Assembly (NCBI RefSeq): GCF_028641065.1
Contig: NC_073403.1
Span: 10,478,001-10,542,000, forward strand
Length of the DNA stretch: 64,000 nucleotides
Source: Leucoraja erinacea
Taxonomy: Eukaryota
Direction: 5' to 3'
Part shown: in pieces, positions 41,462 through 54,000 of the stretch
How the letters are laid out: each line of letters opens with the position of its first letter
Numbering within the stretch: the stretch's first letter is position 1
Notes under the pieces: generated by a model
The model's database searches: none
Told to the model about the DNA's origin: nothing
The model's input: only the letters and a program-made list of their open reading frames with translations
Position numbers and translations under genes: made by a program

Positions 41462-41585
41462 CCAACGTGTGGCCACAACTGCGACAGGGTTCACTTAGGC
41501 TGGCAGCTGGCTGCTGAATATCCATTCTTGGGGCCGTAGGAGGGTTGGGATTTTTCCAGCCATTACATTTGCAGGTATCGTTAGC
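41462..41585 (-). CDS. KAT2A: KAT2A exon 2
   Basis: ANDTCKCNGWKNPNPPTAPRMDIQQPAASLSEPCRSCGHTL; 124 nt. Confidence 0.97.
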
Positions 41586-41778
41586 CTAGAGAGAAATGAG
41601 ATTTAAAATAATACATTTTCATCAAACACAAGTCAGACCAATATATTATATATTCCAAACATATCATACATTATAAAACACATCATTCATTATAAAAAGA
41701 TAGAGAGGAACACACTCTGCTGTTTTTCACCTCTGGAAAAGTAGCTGAAACAAATTAGTAAGATATCATAATTATATT

Positions 41779-41930
41779 GCTCAGCGGGTGAGGCAGCATC
41801 TCTGGAAAGAAGGAATGGGCTAAGTTTCCGGTCGAGACCCTTCTTCAGACTGATCAGTCTGAAGAAGGGTCTCGACACGAAACGCCGCCCATTCCTTCTC
41901 TCCAGAGATGCTGCCTCACCCGCTGAGTTA
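41779..41930. repeat. palindromic head-to-head Penelope terminal repeats
   Basis: ~75-bp arms symmetric about TGATCA at 41851-41856. Confidence 0.85.
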
Positions 41931-44199
41931 CTCCAGCATTTTATGTCGACCATCGATTTAAACTAGCATCTGCAGTTCTTTCTTACACAAAACTATATTG
42001 CTGGTATATTATTAATTTAATAACAAGTTTCCTTAAAGTTTAAAAATACAATAGTTATTCTTGCAATTTAATGTGCTGCATTTTACTCTGCAGGTGTTTA
42101 TTTTGTCAAATGCCAATAAATCAAAACTGTCCGACTTTAAAACATGCCCTAATTCTGTAGTTTCACTCTGCCCTACTGTGACAACCCCAAAGATTTTCCC
42201 AAATAAAGTTTCCGCTCTTGCCCCGCCTCCAAGAACATGCATTCCATCAGCGCATGTCCCATTCATTAACTGCACCTGGTTTCTAGGTTTCTCCCCCTGG
42301 TTTCTCAGGGAATGTTTGTGGTCACCGTGCTCTGCTTCACTCCTATCCCTAAGGACCTCCTCCGCTGTTCCTGTTCAATTCTGATTTATTTTATTGGCCT
42401 CTGGACTCTGCTCTTTTCACCCCAAAGTAAAGATGGTTGCTCACATTCCATTCCACATAACAGTCTGTGATTGCTCCGCAGGATTTTGCTGATGGACACC
42501 TTTATTCTGTGGTGCAATGGGGACTTTCCCTTCCTTTACCCAGTACAGTTATAGAAACATAGAACATAGGTGCAGGAGTAGATCATTCGGCCCGTCGAGC
42601 CAGCACCACCATTCAATATGATCATGGCTGATCATGCAAAATTAGTACCCCGTTCCTGCTTTCATCCCATATCCCATGATTCCGTTAGCCCAAAGAGATA
42701 TATCTAATTCTCTCTTGAAAATTGCACTGGACACTATTTTGTTTCACTGGGACAAACACACCATCTAATTTTGTACATATAGCCTCATTTCCACAAATAC
42801 CCCTCCTAAACACACTAAAGCCCATTTACACCATTCATTTAAATTTGAAATGTAGATATTCCTAAATCTTAAATGTTTCAATTTTATATTACTACAATAC
42901 TCCCCAAGCTCCCCTGGTAATTCATGTAAAATCCTGAAAATCTGGGATTATTTATGTGGACCTAAACGTAGATGGAGAGCAAATTTTCCAAACATCTTGC
43001 TCAATTTACATTTCAACCAAAAGCAGATTTTCAACTTAATCAATTAATTGTTATATGCAAACTTTTACTGTGTACAAACTGGCTGCCACATCTTCCTCAA
43101 ATACAATTGACAATGCTCCAATACATTGTTATGGTGTGCAAAAAAAGTAAATCGTCTCTTTTAGATTATCTTTTGCTGTTAAATAAATTCCTCAAATAAA
43201 CTCCAACGAATTTAAATTAATAACAACGTTATTTTTCTGCCACCTCAAAACCATAGCAAAATGCAATTTAGTACAATGAAAATCAATAACATTTACAACT
43301 TTAAATGGACAAAGTCATTTTAGAAAAGTTAAATTGTCTTTTCTCCCTCAGTATGAAGGAAGAAACTACAGATGCTGGATTAAACCAAAGATAGACACAA
43401 AACGTTGGAGCGGGTCAGGCTGCATCTCTGGAGAAAAGGAATCAGTCTGAAGAAGGGTCTCGGCCCGAAACGTCTACTTTCTCCCTCAGTGTTCACTTTT
43501 TTTCAGTCTTGTACAATTAATAATTTGTCTTCTTTCCTTTTACAATTGCCCTGAACTATGCTCCTTTATGTGTCTTTTGTGCACCTGCAGGATATCCATC
43601 TTTGTCTGATTGCTAAAAAGAGACACAGATTTACTTTTTTTTTTAAATGCATTTAAAATTCCTACCCATGAAATAATAGGTATACAAAAAAAAAACTAGG
43701 TTTTAGAAAACTAAAGATATTGGAAGGCTCATGACATGACGCGCAATAAAATAACACAATCTTTGTGTTCTCCCATATGTTGTACATATCATATTCTGTC
43801 TGAACAAGGGTCACAACGCAAAACATCACCTATTCACGGCCTCCACGGATGCCGCCTGATCTACCGTTACTCCAGCACTGTGTCCTTTTGTGTATTAACT
43901 GGCATCTGCAGTTCCTTGTTTCTCCATATCTCCTGATTGACAGCCCCTCAAATTACAACATTCTTTGTTTAATGTCATTTTATTCAGCATCAGCCAGAAT
44001 ATCCAAAAATACAGCAACAGAAAAAAATGGCCCAAGTATGGACTGCAAATAAATAAATATGATATTAAATTTAAAGGAAAAGCAGCAAGGTTGACAGTAA
44101 AAGCAGGATTGAAAATATTTCATAATTCAGCAAAAGGCATTCAAGAATTTGGTTAAGAAAGGGAAAGTAAAATAAGGGAACAAATCTCAGAAACACAGA

Positions 44200-45215
44200 C
44201 TAAGAGCTTCTATAGGTATGCAAGAAGAATCGATAGAGGGAAAACTATAGATGGAGTGTATTTAGATTTTCAGAAGGCATTTGATAAGGTGCCATACAAA
44301 AGCTGATGCACAAGACAAGGGATTGATGTATTGAGGGAATTGTGTTAGCAAGAAGATTGGTTATAGGATAAAAGAAAGAGAGGGGATAAATGTTTTTTTT
44401 TCCAGGCTAGAGCGATAGAATAGCGAAGTGCCCCATAGGTCAGTTATGACCCTCAATATTTTACATTTATATTAAAGACATGAAGAAGGGAAGAGTACAA
44501 GATATTCACTTTTGCTGATAGTACGGAAATAGCAGATAGGGCATATTGCAATGAGGATAATGAAAACTGTGCAACAGGACACAAATAGGTTGAGCAAGTA
44601 ATTGAAAGCCTGACAAACTAAGTTTAATGTGGAAAAGTGTACATACACTTAAATAAGAATGTAACGGCAAACCATTTTCTGAATAGAGAAAGGCTGCAGA
44701 TGAGTAAAGTACTGAGAAATATACTGTTTGCAAGCACAAATCATAAAGTTATCAGGCTGGTGCAGAAAGTAGTCACAAAGGCATATTGGGTTTATTGCAA
44801 GGATATTGGAACTTAGAAATAGGAAAGTATAGCCACAATTGTCTACAGTACTCAAGGCGAGTCCACACCTTGAGTACTGTAAACAGCTTTGGTCTCTTTA
44901 TTTAAGAATGAATATTTTGAATTGGAGGCAGACATGAAGAGATTAATTAGGCCAATTCAAGTGAGGTTTACACTATCATGAGCAGCTAATGAATCTCAGA
45001 GAGTGGTAGCGGTGTGGAATGAGCTTCCAGTGGAAGTGGTGGAGGCAGGTTCATTGGTATCATTTAAAAATGAATTGGATAGGCATATGGATGAGAAGGG
45101 AATGGAGGGTTATGGTATGAGTGCAGGCAGGTGGGACTAAGGGGAAAAACAAATTTGTTCGGCACGGACTTGTAGGGCCGAGATGGCCTGTTTCCGTGCT
45201 GTAATTGTTATATGG
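44200..45215 (+). mobile_element. decayed CR1 RT fragments
   Basis: VYLDFQKAFDKVP remnants and a CR1 3'UTR. Confidence 0.7.
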
Positions 45216-45579
45216 TTATATGGTTAATGAAATTAGATCTATATGCGAGCCCAGGTGGAGCCCTGTGCTGTACCCGTTTTTCGTCTCCCACCTACATTCC
45301 TTCCTCTGGCTTCACAATTCACAACTCTTCTATCCTTATTTCACACCTTTTGTCTTTTCATCTCTGGCCTCTGCCAATCAAAAAACCCTCACCCATCATT
45401 TGCCAGGCTTTGTCATGCCCCTTCTCGCTTCCAGGTTTCCTTTCCCCCCAACCCCCACCCGTGTCAGTCTGAAGAAGGATCCCAGCACAAAACTTCACAA
45501 TCCACGTGCTCCAGAGATGCAGCTTGTCCCACTGAGTTGTCCGAGCTATGCATCTTTTTTTGAAAACCAGTATCAGCAA

Positions 45580-48000
45580 TTACCTGGAAGATCGCAGAAC
45601 AGCAGCAGCCAGACCAGTGAGTGAAAGGATTGGCTGAAGGAAGGCTTTCTCCTAGGCGAGTAAAGTTCAGGAGGTTTAAAAAGAGCGCCAAGAGTCAGCC
45701 CGGGGCAATTACTTGGAAGATCGCAGAGCAGCAGCAGCCAGACCAGCAAGTGAGTGGATTGGCTGAGTCATCCTAATTAGTTGAGTGGATAGTTGACTTG
45801 ATTAGATAAAATTAAGTTCAGGACTATGGAAGCGGCATTATTGAAGGTGAGGTAAAGTGCGAGCCTTTCGCTCAGTGAGGAGGGTGATGGAAGGAGGCTA
45901 CACTTGCATTGGTTGTACGGTTATTTTAATATAAATAATTAAACTGGTGATAGCAGGAATGTTATTGTAGTGCATTTGTTGCAGGATGTGGGAAGTCAGG
46001 GCCACTACACCTGTGGGAACTGTGTCCAGATGCAGCTCCTCAAGGACCGAGTTAGGGAACAGGAGCAGCAGCTGGATGGCCTGTGGTCCATCTGGGATGA
46101 CAAAAGCTTCCTGGACAGGACCTACAGTCAGTTTGTCATTCCAAGACTGCAGGAGGTGCGATGGGTAGAGACAGAAAGAAAGGGGATGAAGCGAGTGCAG
46201 GAGACTTCAGTGGAAGTACCTCTTGAAAACAGGTACTGGGAGCTGTCGGGTCAGACGACGCTTCCAGTCTGGGCGGCGGACAGGTCTGTGACTCTAATAC
46301 TAGCGCTGAGACTCGACTGGCGAAACTGACATCAGGCAGAGCCATAATGGTGAGCGACTCCATTGTACGAAGGTGCGGACAGGAGGAAGGTGTTGCCTCC
46401 CTGGTGGGTCCAAGATGTCTCAGACCGACAAGAACATCCTTGAGTGGAAAGGTGAACAGCGGAAGTAGTTGTGCATGTAGGCACAAATGACTTGGGTAAG
46501 AAGAGGTAGGAGGTTCTGCAACGCGAGCATAGAGAACTAGGTAGGAGGCTGAAAAGCAGGACTTCTAGGATGGTTATCTCTGGGCTGCTTCCAGTACCTT
46601 ATGCTCATGAGGGTAGGAACAGGGAGATAGGGGATCTGAATGTGTGGCTCAGAAGTTGGTGCAGGGGGCCAGGGATTTAGATTTCTAGATGACTGGAATC
46701 TCTTCTGGGGCAGAGGTGACCTGTGCAAAAGAGTCGGGTTGCATCTTAATTGGAAGGGGACTGACATTCTGGCAGGCAAGTTTGGGGGGGGGGGGGTTAA
46801 ATGTGACATCTCTAAGTTTGCAGATGACACAAAGCTGGGTGGCAGTGTGAGCTGCGAGGAGGATGCTATGAGGCTGCAGGGTGACTTGGATAGATTGAGT
46901 GAGCATGGCAGATGCAGCATAATGTGGATAAATGTGAGGTTATCCATTTTGGTGGCAAAAACAGGAAGGCAGATTATTATCTGAACGGTGTCAGATTAGG
47001 AGAAGGGGAGGTACAACTAAACCTGGATGTGCTTGTACATCAGTCACTGAAAGTAAGCATGCAGATCACGGTGGCGCAGCGGTAGAGTTGCTGCCTTGCA
47101 GCGAATGCAGCGCTGGAGACCCAGGTTCGATCCTGACTACGGGTGCTGTCGGTACAGTTTGTACGTTCTCCCCGTGATCTGCATGTGTTTTCTCCGAGAT
47201 CTTCGGTTTCCTCCCACACACCAAAGACGTACATGTTTGTAGGTTAATTGGCTTGGTAAATGTAAAAATTGTCCCTAGTGGGTGTAGGATAGTGTAAATG
47301 TGCGGGGATCGCTGGTCGGCGTGGACCCGGTGGGCCGAAGGGCCTGTTTCCTTGCTGTATTTCTAAACTGAAACTAAAGGTACAGCAGGCTGTGGAGAAA
47401 GCCAATGGCATGTTGGGCTTCATTGCGATAGGATTTGAGTTTAGGAGCAAGGAGGTCCTAATGCAGTTGTACAGGGCCCTGGAGTATTGTGTGCGATTTT
47501 GGTCTCCTAATTTGAGGAAGGACATTATTGCTTTTGATGGAGTGCAGCGTAGGTTCACCAGATTAATTCCCGGGATGGTGGGACCAACCTATGATGAAAG
47601 AATGGATCAACTAGGCTTGCATTCACTGGAATTTAGAAGGATGAGAGGGTATCTTATAGAAACATATAAAATTCTAAAAGGATTGGACAAGTTGGATGCA
47701 GGAAAAATTTTCCCGATGTTGGGGGAGTCCACAACCAGCGTTCACAGTTTAAGAATAAGGGGAAGGCCGTTTAGGACTGAGATGAGGAAAAACGTTTTCA
47801 CCCAGATTTGTGAATCTGTGGAATTCTCTGCCACAGAAGGCAGTGGAGGCCAATTCACTGGGTGTTTGCAAGAGAGTTAGATTTGGCTTTTAGGTCTAGG
47901 GGAATCAAGGGGTATGGTGAAAAAGCTAGAAAGGGATACTGATTTTGGATGATCGAAGGGCCAAATGGCCTACTCCTGCACCTATTTTCTATGTTTCTAT
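45580..48000 (+). mobile_element. CR1 LINE: ORF1 (Zn finger + SGNH esterase) joined at a poly-G to the RT C-terminus and 3'UTR
   Basis: CGNCVQMQLLKDRVRE; GFRFLDDWNLFWGRGDLCKRVGLHLN; CDISKFADDTKLGG; LEYCVRFWSP. Confidence 0.85.
47065..47378 (+). mobile_element. full-length tRNA-derived SINE (HE1-like) inserted in CR1
   Basis: A-box TGGCGCAGCGG, B-box GGTTCGATCC, LINE-like 3' end and (AAACT)n tail; CR1 sequence resumes on both sides. Confidence 0.88.
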
Positions 48001-49840
48001 CTGCAGTTCCTTGTTTCTAAAATGTACATTGACCTTTACGGCAAAAGGCTTCAAGTAAAAGGGCAAAAACGTCTTCCTAATATCATGCAGAGCTTTGTTA
48101 AATCATATTCAGACTATTGCATAAATCTTTTGCCTTAAAAAGATTGTTGCTGTAGGAGTGCAGTAAAGATTCACCAGAATGTTTCTGAATGGCAAGTCAG
48201 TCATATGATGAGATTGAGTAGGTTGTGCTTCTTTGTAGTTTAGAAAAGGAAGAGGTGACCTCAAGTAAACAAAATTCTTAGAGCTCAATAGGAAAAACAT
48301 GAGAAGGATGTTTTCGCCAGGCTGCACAGTCTTTACCCAGAGTGGGGTAAGTCAAGAACCAGAGGACATAGGTTTAAGGTGAGAGGGGAAAGATTTAAGA
48401 AAAAGGATCAACTTTTTCCACGCAGAGGGTGGTGGGTATATGGAGTGAACTGCCAGAGGGGATAGTTGGTGCAGGTACTATAACAATGTTTAAAAGGCAT
48501 TTGGACAGGTACATTGATAGGAAAGGATTGGAGGAATATGGGCCAAATGCAGGCAGGTGGGACTGGTATAGATGGGATATCTTGGTTAACATGGGCAAAT
48601 TGGGCCAAATAGCCTGTTTCTGTACTGCATGACTGTTTCCCCAGGCGTAATCTGGAATATGAGGGGGGTGGGGGTGGGAGGAAGAGGGGCTCAGAGTCTG
48701 AAAAAAATAGGGCAGGCCATTGGAGACTGAAAAGAGCAATTTCTTCATTCACATGATGAATGTTTGTAATTCTCTTCCAAAGTGATAACGTGCAGGTAGC
48801 GATTAGTTTAACTTGGCATCATATCCAGCACATATATTGTAGGGTAAAAAGCCTGTTCCTGCGCTGTACTGTTCTATGGGAGAGGGCAACGGAAACACAT
48901 TCATTCACTACATTGAAAACCAATGTAAGAATAATCAATGAATGTTAGGATTGGGCAGAAAATGGCATTGAGGTACCATGATCTTGTTGAACAGTGAAGC
49001 ATGTGCAAGAAATAAATGACCTATTCCAGCTCCCACTTCTTAAACTCTTTATCTCTCCCCAGGCTACATACTCAAGTTAAATTTAATAGCACAAAGAAAA
49101 GACCAGACTAAATCCAGGAAGTCTAAAATTAAAGCAGAAAATACAAATAATACTGATCAGGTCAGTACAATTCTATGAAAGTAGAGTTAACAGTTAAAAC
49201 CCAACGTCTTTCCAATTACCATTGATATCCACAACTTCCAGTAGCATTGAACCATTCCGCAAATCCTATGCCCTCTGTTCTTTCCAAATACATCCAAATA
49301 CTTCCCACCTTTACTGCAAATAAATGACTGCAGGCTGAAAACATCCTTTAAATATCTCCTTCACGTCGTCTCATTCCAATTTCTAAAACACACTCCAGCA
49401 TCTGTGCTTCAATCGGTCACCTTTTACCTGTTGGTACATTTAAGTCATGTTCAAGTATGTTATTTTTATTCATCATGACAAGAAATTCAGAGGCGACAAA
49501 TTTGCTGAATGCTTTGTCTAGCCACAGTAACTCTCTTGAGCCACAACACAACGTTAAAACAACGTTTTTGTCCGTGCCCCGTGTTGAATGCAGCCTCTCC
49601 TACTTTACCCGGTGGCCAGTCTTCATGTGTGATCTCTGGGTTATTGTGGGAGTGGCAGTAACTGAGTAATGGAGGAAGGAAGCTTTTCATTCACCACATG
49701 GAAACAGTTCAATTCTTGAATGATCACTGTGTCACCTTGTTAGTGAAAAGATATTGAATTGGGACCTAGCCCGAGTCTGCAGAGGCAGGATGATGATGAG
49801 GAGGAGGAGTCGTCCAGCCGGGCACACACTCTGCTCTTAC

Positions 49841-50092
49841 CTTGCACGCCGAGAAAATCCCCAGTTTCTCCAATTTCTTGGCCCGTGGGAAAGCGCGGAC
49901 CTGGGCCTTGCGCTGAACCGAGCGTTGCTGGCTGCTGCTGGCACCGGGCCGGGCAGGGTCGGCCGGGCTCGGGGCGGCGGGAGAGGCCGCCGTTTGCGAC
50001 GGGAAAGGCGCTTGAGCCCGGCCTTGCGAGGCTTGCGCTGCCTCAGCCATCACCGTGCCCCCCTCTGCCATGGAAACCACCGAGGACGCCAT
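49841..50092 (-). CDS. KAT2A: KAT2A exon 1 (start could be 50092, 50071 or 50050)
   Basis: ...QQRSVQRKAQVRAFPRAKKLEKLGIFSACK|GTAAG in a CpG-rich region; the 18 exons sum to 2427 nt in frame; KAT2A rather than KAT2B from QRKAQVR, EKFFYFK and DHX58 adjacency. Confidence 0.93.
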
Positions 50093-50192
50093 TGCACATG
50101 CGCGCCGGGTGCACCTTGGGAGATGTAGTCATTGCTTTGTCGGTGGGGGCAATGCGCATGCGTATTGACGTGGGCATCTTGGGAAATGTAGT
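50093..50192. promoter_or_regulatory. KAT2A proximal promoter: two ZNF143/SBS and two NRF1-like motifs
   Basis: GCACCTTGGGAGATGTAGT (50111-50129), GCATCTTGGGAAATGTAGT (50174-50192), TGCACATGCGCG, TGCGCATGCGTA (50153-50164). Confidence 0.75.
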
Positions 50193-50254
50193 GTGCAAGA
50201 TGGAATTGCAGATGCGGGTTTACACCATAGAAAGGCACAAAAAGCTGGAGTAAC

Positions 50255-51282
50255 TCCACCCCCTATTCCCAATTCCTCCGCCTACGCCGCATCTGCTCCC
50301 AGGATGAGACGTTCTACACCAGGGCATTGGAAATGTCCTCGCTCTTCAGGGGACGGGGATTCCCCTCCTCCAACATAGATGAGGCTCGCACCAGGGTCTC
50401 TTCCATACCCCGCAACACTGCTCTCTCTCCCCATCCCCGCACTCGCAACAAGGTCAGAGTCCCCCTAGTCCTCACCTTTCACCCCACCAGCTGGCAAATA
50501 CAACAAATCATCCTCCGCCATTTTCGCCACCTCCAACGTGACCCCGCCACTCGCCACATCTTCCCATCTCCCCCCATGTCTGCCTTCCGCAAAGACCGCT
50601 CCCTCCGCAACTCCCTTGTCAATTCTTCCCTTCCCACCCATACCACCCCCTCCCCGGGCACTTTCCGTTGCAACCGCAAGAAATGCAACATCTGTCCCTT
50701 TACCTCCCCCCTCGACTGCATTCAAGGACCCAAGCAGTCATTCCAAGTGCGACAAAGGTTCACCTGTATCTCCTCCAACCTCATCTACTGCATCCACTGC
50801 TCTAGATGCCAGCTGATTTACATCGGTGAGACTAAGCGGAGGTTGGGCGATCGTTTCACCGAACACCTCCGCTCAGTCCGCAAGTACCTATCTGAACTCC
50901 CGGTGGCTCAGCACTTCAACTCCCCCTCCCATTCCCAATCCGACCTCTCTGCCCTGGGTCTCCTCCATTGCCAGAGTGAGCAACACCGGAAATTGGAGGA
51001 ACAGCACCTCGTATTCCGCCTGGGTTGCTTGCGTCCGGTTGGCATGAACATTGAATTCTCCCAATTTTGCTAGCCTTTGCTGTCTCCTCCCCTTCCTTAA
51101 CCCTCGAGCTGTCTCCTCCCATCCCCCCTGCCCTCGGGCTCCTCCTCCTCCCTTTTTCCTTCCTTCACCCCCCCCTCACCCCCCATCAGTCTGAAGAAGG
51201 GTTTCGGCCCGAAACGTCACCTATTTCCTTCGCTCCATAGATGCTGCTGCACCCGCTGAGTTTCTCCAGCATTTTTGTGTAC
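50255..51282 (+). mobile_element. 5'-truncated Penelope-like element with intact GIY-YIG endonuclease frame
   Basis: ORF 50327-51073: RVPLVLTFHP...CNRKKCNIC...FTCISSNLIYCIHCSRCQLIYIGETKRRLGDRFTEH...VAQHFN; inverted piece of its own tail at ~50200-50255. Confidence 0.93.
51191..51218 (+). ncRNA. minimal hammerhead-ribozyme-like core in Penelope terminus
   Basis: CTGAAGA-AGGG-TTTCGG-CCC-GAAA-C-GTC; near-identical intact core at 43447-43474. Confidence 0.55.
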
Positions 51283-51539
51283 CTACCTACATTAACTAAC
51301 TAACTGGTACATCTTGTACTAGAGAGTCAGGGGACTATCCTGACTCTCAGTCTGATGACTCTCATTCGGAAGAAGCGTCTCGACCAAAAATGTCATCTAT
51401 GTTCTCTAGAGATGCTGCATGAACCAACATCTGGCAGTCCCTTCCTACACAGAGGCAGACAAAGGCATACAGTCAGTGAAATGAATCAGGACAGTGAAAC
51501 TAGTCGGATAATTAGGGTGAGGGGAGGACGGAGATAGAA

Positions 51540-51900
51540 GTGATGTAAGGGTTACTTGAAGTTCGAGAAGTCAAAAAACCGCAGAATTGTAAACTGCCCA
51601 AGCGAAATATTAAGTGCTGTTCCCCCAACTTGCGTTTGGCCTCACTGTCAGTGGAGGAGGCCCAGGACAGAGAGGTCTGTGTGGGAATGGGAGGGGGAGT
51701 TAAAGTGTTGAGCAATCAGGTAGGTTTAGGCAGACGCAGACTGAGCGGAGGTGTTCAGCGAAACGATCGCCGAGCCTGCGCTTGGTCTGGCCGATATGTA
51801 GGAGTCTACACCTGGAACAGCGGAGGCAGTAGATGAGGTTGGAGGAGGTGCAAGTGAACCTCTGCCTCATCTGACAAGACTGTCGGGGTCCCTGGACCAA
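51540..51900 (-). mobile_element. second Penelope-like GIY-YIG fragment
   Basis: QRFTCTSSNLIYCLRCSRCRLLHIGQTKRRLGDRFAEHLRSV. Confidence 0.88.
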
Positions 51901-52046
51901 AGATCCTATAGCAATAGGATATTTGCCCTGGACAGAGTGTAGAGGGGAAGGTATAGGGACAGGTGCTGCACGCAAAGATCCGCTATAAGATCTTTGGTTG
52001 CACGGTCATGTACAAGAGACAACAGCGCGCCGGCGTCCCGCCCACG

Positions 52047-52310
52047 GCAGTTTGGGATATGTAGTCCATCACTTCTTAAAGCGCTACAAACGAATTAAAA
52101 CTCACTTCTTGTTCACAGTTTAATTAAAGCTAGTTAAGCACATCTAATGTTTGTGCTTTAAGCAAAAAAAATAATAATGGATAGATGAGGACTTTAATTT
52201 GATTTGCAAGGCATTGTGGGTGTTGTAGTTTGACGGTTGGCATCGGGGCGCGTGCGCACACTTGCGAAGTTGACGACGTCGAGCCGAAGTTCGTTGGGAG
52301 CTTTTCCTAA
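52047..52310 (+). promoter_or_regulatory. RPL41 promoter: two ZNF143/SBS motifs, NRF1-like motif, TOP/TCT-like pyrimidine initiator
   Basis: GCAGTTTGGGATATGTAGT (52047-52065), GCATTGTGGGTGTTGTAGT (52211-52229), GCGCGTGCGCA, CTTTTCCT at 52301-52308 starting 16 nt before the ATG. Confidence 0.75.
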
Positions 52311-52316
52311 CCGACC

Positions 52317-52328
52317 ATGAGGGCCAAG
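52317..52328 (+). CDS. RPL41: ribosomal protein L41 (eL41/eS32) exon 1: MRAK
   Basis: ACC-ATG AGG GCC AAG|GTGAGT consensus donor. Confidence 0.95.
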
Positions 52329-52649
52329 GTGAGTGAACAGTAACTGACAGAAAAATGATGGAATAGAATCCGGTCATTATGATAAAATAAGTGCTGAGTA
52401 ATCAATTTGAGGGGGAAATGTGTTTTCTTTTTACTTTTTGCCCGTCGTATCCATTTTGAGGGCCGCGACCACGCAGTGGGTTCTTGTTCTGACCTGTTGA
52501 TCGATAAACAGTAGGTGCTGGGGGAGAAACTGCGATCGACCGCACTTCAGGCACGATTCCACCTCGCTCAGCAATTCAAACTTTACTGTTAAACGATCCC
52601 ATCAACTTTTCTGCAACACGCGGTCGACCGTCACCTCCAGCACTTCCTC

Positions 52650-52812
52650 CCTGCACCCGCTGAGTTTCTCCAGCTTTTCTGTGTAACCTTCCTGCACCCG
52701 CTGAGTTTCTCCAGCTTTTCTGTGTAACCTTCCTGCACCCGCTGAGTTTCTCCAGCTTTTTGTGTAACCTTCCTGCACCCGCTGAGTTTCTCCAGCTTTT
52801 CTGTGTAACCTT
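52650..52812 (+). repeat. 41-bp tandem repeat x4 derived from the Penelope terminal repeat
   Basis: CCTGCACCCGCTGAGTTTCTCCAGCTTTTCTGTGTAACCTT units. Confidence 0.9.
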
Positions 52813-53977
52813 CGATTCTCCAGCATCTGCAGTTCCCTCTTTAACACTCCCTCAGAGTTTGTCGCTTTACAGGAGGCTGAAATGTTGAGTGAAAAACAAC
52901 CTGCTGTATGAACTAATTGGGTCAGGCTGCATCAATTGATATCACATTGATGGTCACAATATTATGATGGATAAAGGCTGTTAACACTATCCGAGAGCCT
53001 ACACCACTCTGGTCACGCTCTCGTAGAATCTGACAACATGGACACGGACCCCTCGCCCTTAGGCCCAACTTGCTCGTACATGTCCCATCTACTCGTCTCA
53101 CCTGCCTGCGTTTGGCTCATATCCCTCTAAATCTATCCCATCCATGCACCCGTCTAACTTTCTCTTAAACGTTGTGAATGTACCTGCCTTCTCTGGTAAC
53201 TCGTCCAATACACCCACCGCCCTTTGTGTAGAAAAGGTTACCCCTCGGGTTCCTACTAAATCTCCCTTCCTCACTTTAAACCTATGTTTCAGCCTATCCT
53301 CGGTTCCCCTACTCTGGGCAAGAGGCTGTGCATTTATTTATCCGATCTATTCCTCTCATAATTTTGTACACCTTTATCAGATCACCCTCAACCTCCTGCA
53401 AGGACGATCTTGCCACTTATATTGTGAAGACGGTACAGGAGGAGTCTGAGGAGGTTCAAGATCCTCAGATCCAAGAACAGTTTAATTAACCATCAGGATA
53501 TTGACCTCTGCCATTCACCACAACCCTACCTTGGCAACTATGATCTGCTTTGTTTTGGTTGCACTACATGCTTATGGTCTGGTGACCTAATATTTGTGTG
53601 TTGGTTTTATTATCATATGTCCTGAAACGGAATAGTGCAGAGCCCCCAGTTCCACATAGTTTGGAACCTATTTGGTGGTTGTAATATATGGAATGTACAA
53701 TCTGAACAATCATGGAAACAGAGACTACATTTATTATTGTAGGTTAGATGATGGATTTATATATATTTTTCTCTTGATTGTACCATAAGAGTGCTAAGAG
53801 AAAGTTATTTAATTTTACACAGGAGGATGCCAAGATAAAGTTATTTCATTTTACTGAATGTGTGTATGGAACTGCTATTTATTGGATATTACGTTAAACT
53901 TTATTTTGATTCTAAAATAATACAAGAGTAAATGTGCCAACTTTCTACTAAAACTAATTGATTTATTTCTTCTACAG

Positions 53978-54000
53978 TGGAGGAAGAAAAGGATGCGGAG
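53978..54000 (+). CDS. RPL41: RPL41 exon 2 (23 nt): WRKKRMR(R)
   Basis: branch-like ACTAAT, TTTATTTCTTCTACAG|TGG AGG AAG AAA AGG ATG CGG AG|GTCTGT. Confidence 0.95.

Noticed and set aside
52650-52812. Regular repeats superficially like a CRISPR array
   Set aside because: Head-to-tail units without unique spacers; eukaryotic TE-derived
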